From Pecten maximus (Eukaryota), in contig NC_047018.1 of the NCBI RefSeq assembly GCF_902652985.1, positions 47,616,001 through 47,680,000 of the forward strand: 64,000 nt of DNA, written 5' to 3'. The position numbers were made by a program, and so were the translations under genes. Positions 13,447 to 26,602 of this stretch are shown piece by piece (position 1 is the stretch's first letter; each line of letters begins with the position of its first letter). Under the pieces are notes generated by a model. The model saw nothing but the letters and a program-made list of their open reading frames with translations, was not told the DNA's origin and searched no databases.

Positions 13447-14920
13447 CGTGTGTGATATAAATGGCAATTTGTGGTACAATCTGTGTGGTATTGAAATATA
13501 TACTGACAGGGACTTGTTTGTGTTCATTATCCAGGGAATGTGTTCAATATATTTTATATAATGTGTGATCAGCTATCACTTATATAAACAATCATTATGC
13601 TGTGTTATTTTTGCATACCATGTTATACAATATATATCTCAAGCTTCTAAAAGTGTTTTTTCTAGTACTGTCTGTCGTATGTGTGAATTGTAGAGCTATA
13701 TAAAATTACAAGATTCATTAGATAAATTTGACCATAGCAATATATACCTCAAATTCTTGTGTTGTATGGTAATTCATACAAAATCATAGGATGGGCTTGT
13801 TAATTTATTTGCTAAGACATTTACGGGTGACCCAAGAGAATTCAGTTTTGACTAAAGTAATTGGGGGAGAAATTCATGAAAAAACATCTGAAAATGTAGA
13901 GTAAAATTTGCTAACAAGGGTTTACAACAATTTGGTGACAAATGTACTGGTCTTGACTGGTGCAGTTGGTCATTTGAGGTATTTTGATATGGCGAGTAGA
14001 TATTTTTTGTTGGATAAATTGTCCTTATTAAAGATAATTTGTTTATATTTATATATATATTGCAATATGTTATTGAGTATACCGAGTTTTATAAGAGTTT
14101 TCACATTTTTGATTATTTTAGTTAGTCTGTTGGGTATTTCCAATGTAGAGCAGAAAGTTCTACAACCTAGCTTAGGTTTCATTGTTATAGACAGAATATC
14201 GTAAAATCCATGATGTGATGTAACAATGATGGTCCCAATCGAGTTTGGTGGTTGGAAGGTGTTGTATTGTTTTTCTTAACATGGTTTGTGTATTGTTTGA
14301 GCTAAGTAACTTCCAGTAGATAAAGTCGTAAAATTAAAGTTCAGAAATGACAACCCACTTTCAAAATATTTCTATTATCACTATTCATTCTGATGACTAT
14401 CATAGAAGCAATATTATTGGTCGATGCATTTCAAGACTGCCTGCTATTCATAGTATTCAAATCATCAATCTTACAATAGTGTTTTTACTTCGAAATAAAA
14501 AGTTCATGTGCATTCAAAATTCATCAATGATTAAAATTTGCTGGGCATTACTTTACATTGATTTGACATTTTCTGAACGAAAAATACCATATGCTGCCAA
14601 TTAAATTTGATGTTTTATATTTTTTACTGTTTTATATGAAACTCCTAGTTACGAAGAGTGAATTATACTGTTAGTTAGCTTTGCTATTTGTTACAGAAAC
14701 TGTCTTGGTTAAACCCAACGTTTCTTGCACCTTTTGTTCTACGAAGTGATTGTTTTGTTGTCTGTTGTAAATATACACAATCATGAATAAGAAAAATTTG
14801 AAATTTGTGTTTTTGGTGTGTGCAGGGGATCTGCATATATGTACTTGAAATATTGAAAACCGCATTTAATAATTACTGGTAGAAATTACCATCAATGAAA
14901 TTAAAGACTACAGATTAACT
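13447..14920 (+). other. myc: Probable long AU-rich myc 3' UTR
   Basis: Many ATTTA and U-rich tracts; candidate poly(A) signals AATAAA at 14494 and ATTAAA at ~14900. The true end is unknown. Confidence 0.45.
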
Positions 14921-17900
14921 TGTATATATGTGTTTTATCATCATTTATAAGCCACGGAATGTACTGGAAGAATCGGTATAGAGGTCGGAGCCAATACACC
15001 AGACTTGAGGAATGTAGGTCAGCACTACTCTCTGTTGTGACATTTTGGCGGGAAAGTGTATGACTAACCAGACAGCGCGAGTTTCAGTGTATTACTATGT
15101 GTGGTATTCAGCGAAACTGGGCGAGGGCGAGCAAATCACAATAGACCCTGGCTGGGTTTTGGATTATGTAACTAAAAAGTAACTATACAAGATATTTTGT
15201 TCGGTTATTATGTTACATGGAATTGATGTTGACAAAGTTTAGCCGAGATCTGGTTAAGTGCACTGGCTAAGATCGGGTTTCCGTGATCATTGTATGGATT
15301 TGTGAATGATAAAAAAACTGACCGAGCAAAGTTTCACACTGAACGCTAGTATACAAGCTATTTATAGACATGCTATGTATGTAGAAATGTTGCACAAGAT
15401 TTGTCATCTCCGATATCAACTTCCATCCAAACGGGGCTTATTGAATCCAGACATCTTACATATAGAGTAATACATTTAAAAAGCTGGCTTCTATTCTCAA
15501 GGAACAGCGTCAAAACCATAATCACAGCAAAGTTCTGTAACAACAAGTGATAATATGTAAATACGGGGCTAATCCAGAGAAATAAACCTTTACACAAACA
15601 AGGCGGGGATTCAATGTAATAACATTAGCCTTAACTCGAGACGTTCAAACGTCCAAGCTGTAAAACTTGTGTGAATTGTAATGTAAATGATTATCGTTTG
15701 AATTCATATTCTCATTGATATTGCTATGACGAGACCATTATAATAAACGTCATCGATAAACATAACCCCGTTACATGGATACTGGTCTTCACAAAGGGCT
15801 CTGTGATTTTGTTTGCTATTTAACACCAGTACTAAAGTTAGCACGCATTCTCCGTTTTACACAAACTGTATGGCTTGATTTGATAATGCCATTGGAGTTC
15901 TTTGTAAAATACTTTCACCTTAGCAATATGTGTCAACTTACTCCACAATGACGCCCCTTTCCCACCACGGAACGAAACAAGTGTTGGCAGTGATAAAGAT
16001 TACGTTTAAGAAACTGTTTAAACTGACACGTCTGCCATAGGGTTATCAAAACGACACAATAATCCATTTTAAAGCCACTATTCGATATTCTAGGATAACG
16101 AACCTGTCTTATATACAATCTCTTATCACTCAAGAGTTTGTATAAGTCCCTTGTTACTCGAAAATCTTTCATGGAGCCCCCAAAGTAAAAGCCACGACAC
16201 TAAATCGGCAATGTCTCGAAAATTCTCAAAACTGTGCATGGTCTCAGAGTAGATAATGGTTTGAAGATCAATGGGCTTGAATTCTTCATATAATTGTCAG
16301 ATGTTCGCATTTTAATATCGTTTTTGTCCAATTTGAATCTCTCGATGTTCAACCACATCATATATGTGAAACTAAAACAGTTGTTTGAAGACTGAAAGAA
16401 AGATACATGTAAGAAGAAAAGGGAATGAAAATTGATTCAAAGTAAAAGTCGGTAAAACGAGGCCGAAATGTGGTTAAAATATCGATTTGAACCCGGACCC
16501 TTGAAAAAGGTACAAATGAATTGGACGAAACGTTCACCAAGAGCGTCGCTTTCTGCAACGACGCCGGTCATGTAAATAATCTTGGTCACAATTAAATCAA
16601 TCTGTTTTGCATATGCATGCCATGTTTTTCAGAGAATGCATTGCAGGTACCAGCGATGATATGGATAACTCTATTTTAAAAAGTTTTCTTCGATTAAGAC
16701 AGATTCAGAATAGAAGTCCTATTGAGGTCTCTGGTTTATAAAGGTTCCGCAGCAGTATGCTGGAATAAAAGATATTACTGAAGTTTACAAATATCATTGC
16801 CGATAAAATCAGTCAAATTGTAGATGTCGTTTAATTTTCTCAGAAAGACAACTGTTGGAATTTTAAATGTTCTGTTAACTATTGAATTTCACACAGGAAG
16901 CGTTCCCTACTCTCGACTGTGTCACCTCGCCATTGGCCCGGCCCCTCCTGCACACAGGTACATGTACCCGCTCACGGGTGGCATACCCCGGTATCTATTT
17001 CACATTCTGCACATTTTATCTCCGATTTACCATGTGCATTTATCGATGAACGATTTAAAACAGCGACTACAAGTTTAACAACGGAAAAGTGACACCTCAG
17101 AGTTGTGAGAATTGATCCTGACGATACTCGGTCTGTTATCTCTTCAGATAGCGCACCCGAGATCATTTTGCGTGCAATTGATAGATAGCATATGACAAGT
17201 TTAGATAACTCGTATTTTTTATGAACTTTGACAGTGAATTCTGTCACGAAAAATCTTACAAGCTTGAGAAAATCTTCACTTTACAAAGAACACAACAAAA
17301 GACCTATATATTTATATATAATTCCAACAGATTGCGTCTTAACTATAGTTTTAATAGTGGTTAAACTTCTTTTTATCTAGAAGGCTATATCAAGTTAGAA
17401 ATGAATTTGCAGTTTAAATTTTATATTTATCATCGTATATATTGTAAAAGTACCTCTACAAGAAAATGAAAAAGGAAGTAGATCTGTCTATTTATATTTA
17501 TAGAGTTTTAGCAATGGAACAGTGCTGACAATATTACACGTATAAGTTATAATTGTACAGAGAAAGAAGAAAGTGAATCGGTTAAAAAAGAGAGTCTTGT
17601 TTAGAATGGGAGAGAGACGGGGTAGGCTGGCCACCAGCTCCTAAGTTTTTAGTTAGAATTGCTCCACTAGATTCTGATACTAGATCGTTTTCCCCCTAGT
17701 TTGAAACTTAGGATCTGGAATTAAACATATCCTCGAGACCAAAATCACAAAGCTAGATTTTAATTATGATTTCAATATTCTAGGAATATGTGGCCAGTCT
17801 ATGACGGGGGTTCACTCGGGACTGCATTTTTGAATATTGCGATATACTCATATATCAACCAAAATCGACAAAAGACTTAAGTGATCAAATTATGATAGTT

Positions 17901-18169
17901 ATCTATACACTGAAACTGTCCTATCCGACCTCTGTGTAACCAGACGCTCTACACTGAAACTGTCCTTTCCGACCTCTGTGTAATCAGACATACTACTACG
18001 CAATGGAAGTCATGCTGATAGTCTGTCCACTAAACAATATGTCGGTTTGACATATTTCAAAACGAAATGAAAAATATCAGCATTATTTTTGACCTGACCT
18101 CAGGGTCATAATTGATCCCAAGTCCGTGTACTATGTAGTCGATGCAGAGACTCTCTGGCGATAGTGACA

Positions 18170-18270
18170 AGAGTTCGGCAGAAATATGTTAGCAGACAAC
18201 TACAGTTCGGCAGAAAAGAGTGTACCAATTATCCCCAAGAGGGGGCGCTGTATTTCCAAGATGGCAGCCT
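18170..18270 (+). promoter_or_regulatory. TRIT1 proximal promoter motifs
   Basis: Direct repeat AGTTCGGCAGAAA at ~18172 and ~18204, CTCF-like CCAAGAGGGGGCGC (18235-18248), and YY1-like CAAGATGGCAGC overlapping the ATG at 18261. Confidence 0.45.
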
Positions 18271-18386
18271 CCATGCGACTGCCCGTGGTGGTGATTTTGG
18301 GATCAACTGGGACAGGAAAATCGAAGTTGGCACTTGAGCTAGGGAAGATTTTTAATGGAGAAATCATTAGTGCCGATTCCATGCAG
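18261..18386 (+). CDS. TRIT1: tRNA dimethylallyltransferase exon 1 (P-loop)
   Basis: [42 protein letters not shown] matches the MiaA/Mod5/TRIT1 N-terminus. Phase-0 donor CAG|GTCACT (weak). Confidence 0.93.
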
Positions 18387-19919
18387 GTCACTGATATTTT
18401 TTAACGCTGAATTATGTGTTTGTTTACATTTTTGACTTAGCCCTATACACAGGGTATGTCTGTATACTGTATCAGCTGTGTATAGATTCTACGTAACACT
18501 GCACTGTAATATTTCACAAATCTCAACCACAATATGGCAAGCCAAAGTGGAAAAATGTCACTCTTTATGGATATCCATACATTAATTATGGAAAGGGCCG
18601 ATAGAGCCAAGTGACAATGGCATGGAATGGAAAATATATGTAAGGAAATCAAAAACTGGTAGCCCTAGGATTGAAAATGAAAGTAGAATGCATTAATATT
18701 GTTTGTAGGGAAATAGGGGAAAGAAACGAATATATATATATGTAATATTGATAGTTAAATAACACTATATTGTGTCGAGCATAATAGTTTTGATAGGTAT
18801 CAATGAGCCTTCTCTAAGTTTAAACTACAGTATGAAAGTATATTATAACATTCAATTGATTAAACGGTCCTTAGTTCAAGTAAAAGCATTTTCTCTGTGG
18901 TAAATGGTTACCTAAGAATCAGTCCCTTTTCCAAAGAGCATAAAACCTTACCAGTAATTGATATATGCGGCTAGTATCAAAATGCCATCAAAACTTACTG
19001 TCGCCCAATGCGTTATAGTTATTGGGAAGTTTTCGATGTGACACTGATCTGATAGGTAGTCAACTGCCCTGTTACATGCTATGGAAATTGGTGACACAAG
19101 ATTTAAAAAATTTTTGTTCAAGAGTTTGGATCAGCCACAGTTTTCAATATCAAAAAAGGGCTTTCTTCGTTCCATTAAGTTTTTATTGTAGTTTTACTAG
19201 AAGGCAGAAGCCCATCAATTTGGTACATTTATCTATCGCGTGTCTACACAAGTTTATCAAAAAGAAGAGAGTAAAAAGAAATGTACCTTGAATTGTGGAT
19301 ATTCATAATTTGAACTATGTATGAAAAGAGTTGCAGTGTGGCCCGCGATAGAAATTCATTATTAGTCCCTGTCAGTCTGTCAGTCTGTTCACTCAGTTTT
19401 CTGCAATTTTCTCAGCCATGCTTCAAGGTATTTTGATGAAAGTTGGTATGTAACTTCATGATGAGTAGCTACAGTTCATGTTCGAGTTTCAGGGTTTTTA
19501 AGTCGAGGTACATATACATTTATTGCTTTAGTGAAATTAATATATATATACTGTGATATGTTTCGTATCGTGAGACAAGTATCGCGATACGTATCATACC
19601 GTAATGGATGCGTATTGTTGCAGCACCAACATACAGAGGGAGCTGATTTATGGATATCAATAATTCATGTATACAAGTGTACATTTATTTTAAATTGTTT
19701 ATGGATATCCAGAATTCATTCAATATTTCATTTTCTAAAATCTATAAATCACTTGGTGATATCCATAAATGAATTAATTCAAGCCGAGTTATAATATGTA
19801 TATATCTATGTCCATAAATCGGTTTATGGATATCAAAATCAATTATGGATATTTAGAATTATTTATGGATATTCATGCCATATTATAAACTTTTAAGTGT
19901 CATCGACCTTACACGGGAT

Positions 19920-19979
19920 GCCGTCCTTAAATGACCTTAGCTGTTAATAAGACGTTAAACAAATAAAACCAAACCAAAC
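19920..19979 (+). mobile_element. 5'-truncated SINE 3' end
   Basis: gccgtccttaaatgaccttagctgttaataagacgttaaacaaataaaaccaaaccaaac, nearly identical to 60094-60146. Confidence 0.75.
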
Positions 19980-21011
19980 TTTGAAAAAAAATGTGTTAAT
20001 CCTATATTATAAAAAGAGGGGTCCTCCTAAAAACATGAATGGATATGATCAGACCTGAATTAGTTTTAAAGGTATTTTATCGCTTATAAATGTGTTATTT
20101 CTCTGTTTTATGCAAGAAAATATGTTATTACGTATTTTGAAATATCATATTTATTCAAAAAAGTTAATGATATATTTTAAAGATCATTTACTGGGTCGCT
20201 AATCAAACCGACAAACATGACCTAAAAGGGACTTGAATGGGATCGAGTGGACCTGAACGGGAATATTACACAAAATTAATTATAATACATCTATATACCT
20301 GTTCAGATCCATTCCTGTTTTTTGGAGGACCCTAAAAACGGCAATATTATTTAACTTTTCGGGGAACCTTTCTGCTTTGATAGAGAAACACAAGGAGTTT
20401 AATATTTTCCAAATAAAAAAGGAGATGAGCAGGTCGCTGCTATATTTTTTGCAATAATCACCCAATACAAATGAGATATTTATTTTTACAGGTATGAAAG
20501 TTAAAAAATGATTCAGGATTCAGTGTTTCTCATCTGGGATTTCACTCTGGGGATGCCATTATTATAATCCTACAATTTTTTTTAAAGCCTATACACAAAC
20601 TTGAGTTATTACTAAAAAAAATGTAATTAGCATTGAAAAAAAGCTGGGTTTTTAACACTCTTTGAACTACTAATGATAAAATATTTAGCTCACAAGGAAA
20701 ATTTTCATAAAATGTTATTTAAATACTTCATTTTTACTGATAACTTAAGTTACAACTGATGGAAATTTAAAAACCCACAAAGTTCTAAGATATTATTTGG
20801 GTTGAATTTATATTGAATTATGTACTTCTTCAACTTTAGCCTGAATTTCATGCGTCATTAAGATTTATTCCGAGTTTACTCAGGCTATACATGAGATGTT
20901 TGAAAATTTGACAGATGTCTGACCCCAATTCCAGACATCTAGTGTATTCATAAAAAGCTCAATTGCAAGCATTAGATGATTCAAGAAAAATAAATATTGT
21001 AGATAATATAT

Positions 21012-21497
21012 GGATGGTCTAGCTCAGGTGATTCACCTAAGCATTCGGGTAGTTTCCCCAATTTGAATGTGAAAAGGTATATTTGGGGTCACATGCCTCA
21101 CCAAATGGGATTTTTTCGGGCTGGTTCTGTACTCTGGTTTCCTCCCACAAAAGAAAGCCTCCCATGTGCTTATTTCTAGGTCAACAAAAGTGATGACTAT
21201 AAGTTGATATAACTTGTTTCACAATTGTTGTAAAATAAATAAAGTTTAGTATAAGTTGATATAACTTGTTTCACAATTGTTGTAAAATAAATAAAGTTTA
21301 GTATAAGTTGATATAACTTGTTTCACAATTGTTGTAAAATGAATAAAGTTTAATATAAATTGATATAGCTTATTTCACAATTGTTGTAAAATGACTAAAG
21401 TTTAGTATAAATTGATATAGCTTATTTCACAATTGTTGTAAAATGACTAAAGTTTAGTATAAATTGATATAGCTTGTTTTACAATTATTGTAAAAAC
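21012..21497 (+). mobile_element. V-domain-like SINE whose 52-bp 3' tail is tandemly amplified about 6 times
   Basis: Central tactctggtttcctcccac motif; the unit tataagttgatataacttgtttcacaattgttgtaaaataaataaagtttag repeats over 21198-21497. A related copy starts at ~41105. Confidence 0.65.
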
Positions 21498-21665
21498 AAA
21501 TGAACATACAAGGTACTTAAAAATTTGCTTAAACAGCCACTATTTTGGATTTTAACGTTTAGGAATTTGTTATTTCTCCATACTGGTATCCGTGGAAGGA
21601 AATGTTATGTATGAGTCCTGGTTTTGTTTGCCACATTTAGAACTTTGTTTTTGATTTATTTTCAG

Positions 21666-21806
21666 GTCTACAAGGGGTTAGACATCAGCACAAATAAAGT
21701 GACAGCTGAAGAGTTAAGGCAATGTCCCCATCACATGATCGACTTTCTCAGTCCTCTGACCAGGAACTACACCGTCACTGACTATAGAGATGCCACACTA
21801 CCTATT
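21666..21806 (+). CDS. TRIT1: TRIT1 exon 2 (141 nt)
   Basis: ttcag|VYKGLDISTNKVTAEELRQCPHHMIDFLSPLTRNYTVTDYRDATLPI|GTATCCTT. Confidence 0.95.
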
Positions 21807-22563
21807 GTATCCTTTTGTTTGTCTCTTACGGATGGTCCAGTGATGCTGGAAATTAGGGATGCTGGAAATAAGGAATGCTGGAAATTAGGGATGCTGGAAA
21901 TAAGGGATGCTGGGAATTAGGGATGCTGGAAATATGGACTTCAAGGATTTGTGTTAAGCTGCAGTTTCTCAAAATATATAGCTGTTATTCTAACCAAACT
22001 TTAGAATATAACTGGTAGAGAGAATTCAATTCTTTTTATTGAAGTTTGTATTGTAACAGGGGGTATTGTGTTTCATAGAATTTTAAATTCAATGCTAAAA
22101 TCAAAAGGCAATGTCTCTCTTCAAAAGTTGACTGTCCAATACGCAGACATCTTTAAAATATAAAAATATCAAATTTATGAAAATATAAAAATATCAAATT
22201 TAACAAAGAAATTCATAAAATGATGATTCTGTTTCACGGGTACAGATAAGATTTCAAGTACATGTATTTTTAAACAAAACTGATGAAGCCTCGCATATAG
22301 AGGCGAAACCAGTCGACAAATAAATTATAAGTAACCCACTTACCTGGTGACACTTGTCCTTGTTACCTCCCCCCTCTTTATATTTAAACAAGATAGTAAT
22401 GATTAATTTTTAATAAGTTGGTACATGGAGTTATATCTTGTTTCAGATTGACCGACTTGTAATAGAGGGTAAATTTTGTTTTGATAAAATAAATTACCTG
22501 GTTTATTGTATAAATGATTTACTATTAATAAGTTGTGAGTTATATACTTAACTCTTGTGTCAG
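21807..22563 (+). other. TRIT1: U12-type (minor spliceosome) GT-AG intron 2 of TRIT1
   Basis: 5' splice site GTATCCTTT; branch site TACTTAAC ending 11 nt before the exon; no real polypyrimidine tract. Confidence 0.9.
22280..22381 (+). mobile_element. Penelope-like element terminal fragment with a minimal type I hammerhead ribozyme core
   Basis: CTGATGA-A-GCCTC(GCATATA)GAGGC-GAAA-C-CA-GTC followed by AATAAA. A near-identical inverted copy lies at 40630-40740. Confidence 0.75.
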
Positions 22564-22662
22564 ATTGACCGACTCCTGAAGCAGGAAAAGCTCCCAATCA
22601 TTGTTGGAGGCACCAGCTACTACATAGAATCCCTCCTGTGGAACTTCATCGTTACTAAGCAG
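22564..22662 (+). CDS. TRIT1: TRIT1 exon 3 (99 nt)
   Basis: IDRLLKQEKLPIIVGGTSYYIESLLWNFIVTKQ|GTAAAA, containing the conserved IVGGT.YY motif. Confidence 0.95.
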
Positions 22663-23739
22663 GTAAAATACTTCCCTGGTAAAACAGGTAAATTTATTTC
22701 ATTCCACAATTACCGATTATCTTACTTTAAACACCAGTAAATATGTTGAATATAATTGTTTTTTTTGCCACAAACATTCAACATACTGCCTTGATGAAGA
22801 AATTTAACCTCAATTTTTTAGCCCAAAATGTGATGATGGTGGGCTATTAAAATTGTATATTGTCCATGGCCCATGGCCTAGCTAAAATATTACTTCAGAA
22901 GTACAGGAAAGATATTTATCATATTTGATATACGTGCCTGATCAGTTAAAAAAAACAAATAATAAGCCCATCCATATCTATTTCACTTTCGATAAAAATT
23001 GCAATTTTCGTTATCCTGCAATAACCCAACCCCCGTCTTCAGTCAAAGTGTAGGTGTTATACCCGTGGGCTTTCATACCCCTGGGCTTTCTATAGAATAA
23101 AAACGGTTCATTTAACGAAAGTGTGACTGTCGAAGGTGTGGGCCACTTGACCTTTGGTGCCAGATTCGTAACTAACCCTGATAAAAATAGATAAAAATAA
23201 TCACAATGTCCATATTTTTTTAATCACTTGAAAAGCACTCGAGAGCCACTTTGGTTATGGATTGACTGGCGATCTCTACTCCAGTATGTCACAACACTAA
23301 CGTCAGAGCAATACAGAATGAAGTGGCAACAAAAGAATTTCATTGTAGAAATTAACATTTCACAGTATATAAAAATTATGTAATGTTCAGTAACCGGTCA
23401 ATTTTGTCCTGATATGAATATAAATAGTATTTAATCTAATTAACGCACAAATGTTCAAGAGAGGTGTACACGTAAAAGGAATGTAAAAGGAGCGGGTCAT
23501 TGTAGCTTGTATATCGAGTTAAATACGGTCTGTGGCGCTCAGTCGATGGAGCATATTTTGGCTTAGACTGGCCACATGTCTCTAGAATATTAGAATTATA
23601 AATTGAATTGAGCTTTATGATTTTGGTTCACTAGGATTTGTCTGATTCTATGGTCAAACTAGGAGGGGGTAGTCTAGTATTTGAATTTAGTGGAGCAATT
23701 CTGACAAAAAACTTTGACTCAGTAGCATGTTTCTTTGAG

Positions 23740-23822
23740 TCGAGAAGTAGATTTACGGATTATCACCCTGGAGACCTGGGTTCGATTCCAGTCAGTGCAC
23801 TCAACGGGAATGCACTTGTTTT
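23740..23822 (+). mobile_element. tRNA-derived SINE head fragment
   Basis: B box GGTTCGATTCC in ggagacctgggttcgattccagtc; similar to 51957-52040. Confidence 0.5.
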
Positions 23823-25099
23823 TACCCATATAATAATGTCATAATTGAGTTGTAATAGTTGTCGTATCAAATCACTGTTATCTAGTATTAATTATAGTTA
23901 GTAACAGGTACATTCAGTGTGTTAAAACAAGCAATTCATCTTTAAAAAAAATTTCACATTACATACCATAAAGTCTAGAGTGATTTTTGACACAGAGGGT
24001 CAAGGTCATTTCACAGAATCATTGGTAGAGAAATTAACTGGCGCATGTACATACTTTGTACCAGTATCTAACAACATTTTAAAATTTCCATGGTGAAGAT
24101 TACAGGGGTTTTAAATAGAGATCTCCTTTTGACAAAAACCTTAAAACAAAGTGCCTTGAACTACTGTTTTTTCTTGATTAATTGGAATTTAAAAGTTATC
24201 AACAATGAAAAAGCTTTACTGATAAATCATGAGTCTTTCTACCACAAAGAGAGTTTTGATTGTTTTGAAGTTAGCTAACATTGGATGCAAGACGTTCTAG
24301 TTTATTTCACACGGAAGTCCTGTTGCTGTGAAGTCTCCCAGACAGAAACTTTTTTTCCCATCGTGGCCCACCTGAGATTCGTGTATTAGCTGCCTTTGGA
24401 GGTAGTGTAGACCTTGGGGGTCCCAGGCGTTTCTGGCCTCACACCATTAACATTGCACCCAAGGGAGCCCTGCGGTTCTGGTTGACTGGAACCCTCCCTG
24501 GAAGTGGGAAGCACCTGTTTGGAGCTGTTAATGGATTTATGGCCCAATATAGACTCACATGACTGGCACTGATTTCCTACTGAAGTGTCTGCCCTAACCA
24601 CTGGTACAGACACTCTCTCACACTTCCTTTCAGACGGAGTTACCTCCCTTTCCAACATACTCTCCACTTTTCTTCATAGGTATGCCAGAGGGTTTCCAGA
24701 CCCTCATGTCAATGTCAAGGCCGAACTTCAAAGTCAAATGTCAAAATAGTTTTTTAGAGCATTACTGCTTCCTCTCATATATATGAACAATTTCCGGAAA
24801 ATTCTGCGTGTGTATGTTCATTTCCTCAACTAAAAGCCGCAGTTACAAATTAAAGTAAAAGTGATTCTATCAGCGATTTAACATGTATGTTAACACAAAT
24901 CATTTCATGGATTGTTGTCGAAGGTGAGAAGTTAGTTGTTGGCTTGCTATGAAGTTGCTTCAAGAATGTTTCATAGATCCATTTCGCTCCAATCGTCATT
25001 TGTAATGTTTGTTGTAGAATACCATTGAGATCTTTAAAGGTCAGTTAGGTCAGATTTCTTCACTTTTAAATTAGAATGAAAGGGTTGTGTATAAGATAT

Positions 25100-25440
25100 G
25101 TCATAAACCCCTAGACATATTTAGTTCATATTTACATCATAACATCACACCATCAAGGTCTACACCTGTATAGATTTTAGTGGTCATCCGGTAAGGCTAA
25201 AGGTCAAAGGTCACACCACTTTCAAAATAAAACGTTTATCGCACTAGATATCCCATGAACCTCTAGACAGATTTAATTCATATTCACACCATAATGTCGC
25301 ACCATTAAGGTCTACACCAAATAAGATTTTAGTGGACATTGGGCAAGGATAAAGGTCAAAGGTCACTTCTGACCACTCTTAAAATAAAAAGCATGTCTAC
25401 AAGATACCCCGTAAGCTCCTGGACAGATTTATACCTCACC
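25100..25440. repeat. About 2.4 copies of a ~137-bp HINE-type internal repeat carrying AGGTCAAAGGTCA
   Basis: ctagacagatttaattcatatt..aaggtctacacc..gattttagtgg..aaaggtcaaaggtcac is repeated. Confidence 0.6.
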
Positions 25441-25629
25441 TATAGCTCACTGATGTTGATGTCATAGCGTTATCTGAGAATACTACTATTGACCTAAATT
25501 CTAATTCAATCAACTCTCTTTGTTTTTTACTATAATGATGATCATGTCTAGAGTATACAGTTTTCAGTGGATTAAAATAGTCGTTGTACCTAGGTTGGGA
25601 ATGTGGTGCCATAGTCAACTAATTGGTAG

Positions 25630-25935
25630 TTTTGTTTCTTTGCTGGGTTATCTCCCCTTGAACAACCAGGGTCATTTTGAGGCGGGGTCTCCTTGTAGTA
25701 GTTGGTGACTACCTCACCGAAAAACATATGAGAGGTCTGTCATATGCCATCCAGAGCAATTAGGGTAAAGTGTCTTATCAAAGGACACAACCACAATGGC
25801 ATAGACCGGCCTGTTTCTCAGCTTCCTGAGAAACAAACCAACATGGGCAGGGAGCGTCGAACCGCACGTCTCGAATCTTCACCTGAGGTTACGTGGCCCA
25901 GTGCTCTTTAAACTGACTGAGCTATCACGGCCCCC
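25630..25935 (-). mobile_element. Near full-length tRNA-derived CORE-SINE
   Basis: Minus-strand head gggggccgtgatagctcagtc...gcggttcgac and CORE-like gggtaaagtgtctt..caaaggacacaac. A partial second copy lies at 31490-31625. Confidence 0.75.
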
Positions 25936-26566
25936 AGGATTGGGACAGACAGAAGCTAAAGATCCTCGTTTCTATAAATCACAGTACGGCAGACTTGTTG
26001 AGGTGTGAGCTAGTTCCTCCTCCTTGGTCTTGGCCGGTGGCAGGCCTCGGAGAAATTAACCAAATCCTGGTTTCTCTGATGCTTGACTTCCAGAATCGGT
26101 CACCTGTATCACTGCCACCACTGAACTTTTCCTGTCTAGAACTTCAGTGATAGAAAGCATGTGTACTTCCGTTATAAACTTGTTAAATCAACGTTTATAT
26201 TTCATTACGAGTGGAAAAAATATTTCAAAAAAATGCTTTTGTGGGCTGAATATTATGATATATATTTCTTTCTTTTAATAATTTTAATTGTATTTTAAAG
26301 AACTTTTATTTTGATTTTAACTTACGGCTGTTTGTTGGTAGACTAACAAGGCATGTGATGAGAAAGTCACGGGAGAGTCGCCTATTAACGAATCAGCTTG
26401 ATAGTAACCCTATAGTTCTGTAGGTATGCATGCACATGCATGTATTGAGGCCAAGGGGACTCACACTTGAGTTATATGTAGTTTTAAACATGCAGATATT
26501 TTCATTGAATTACGAACTATTGGCCCGCCCATGTGGGTGGTATTTAGCGATTTAGGTAATTGTTTG

Positions 26567-26602
<36 letters not shown>

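Noticed and set aside
24386-24667. 93-aa antisense ORF in a TRIT1 intron as a nested gene or inverted exon 4
   Set aside because: No TRIT1 or other recognisable motif and no convincing splice sites; may be a decayed transposon.
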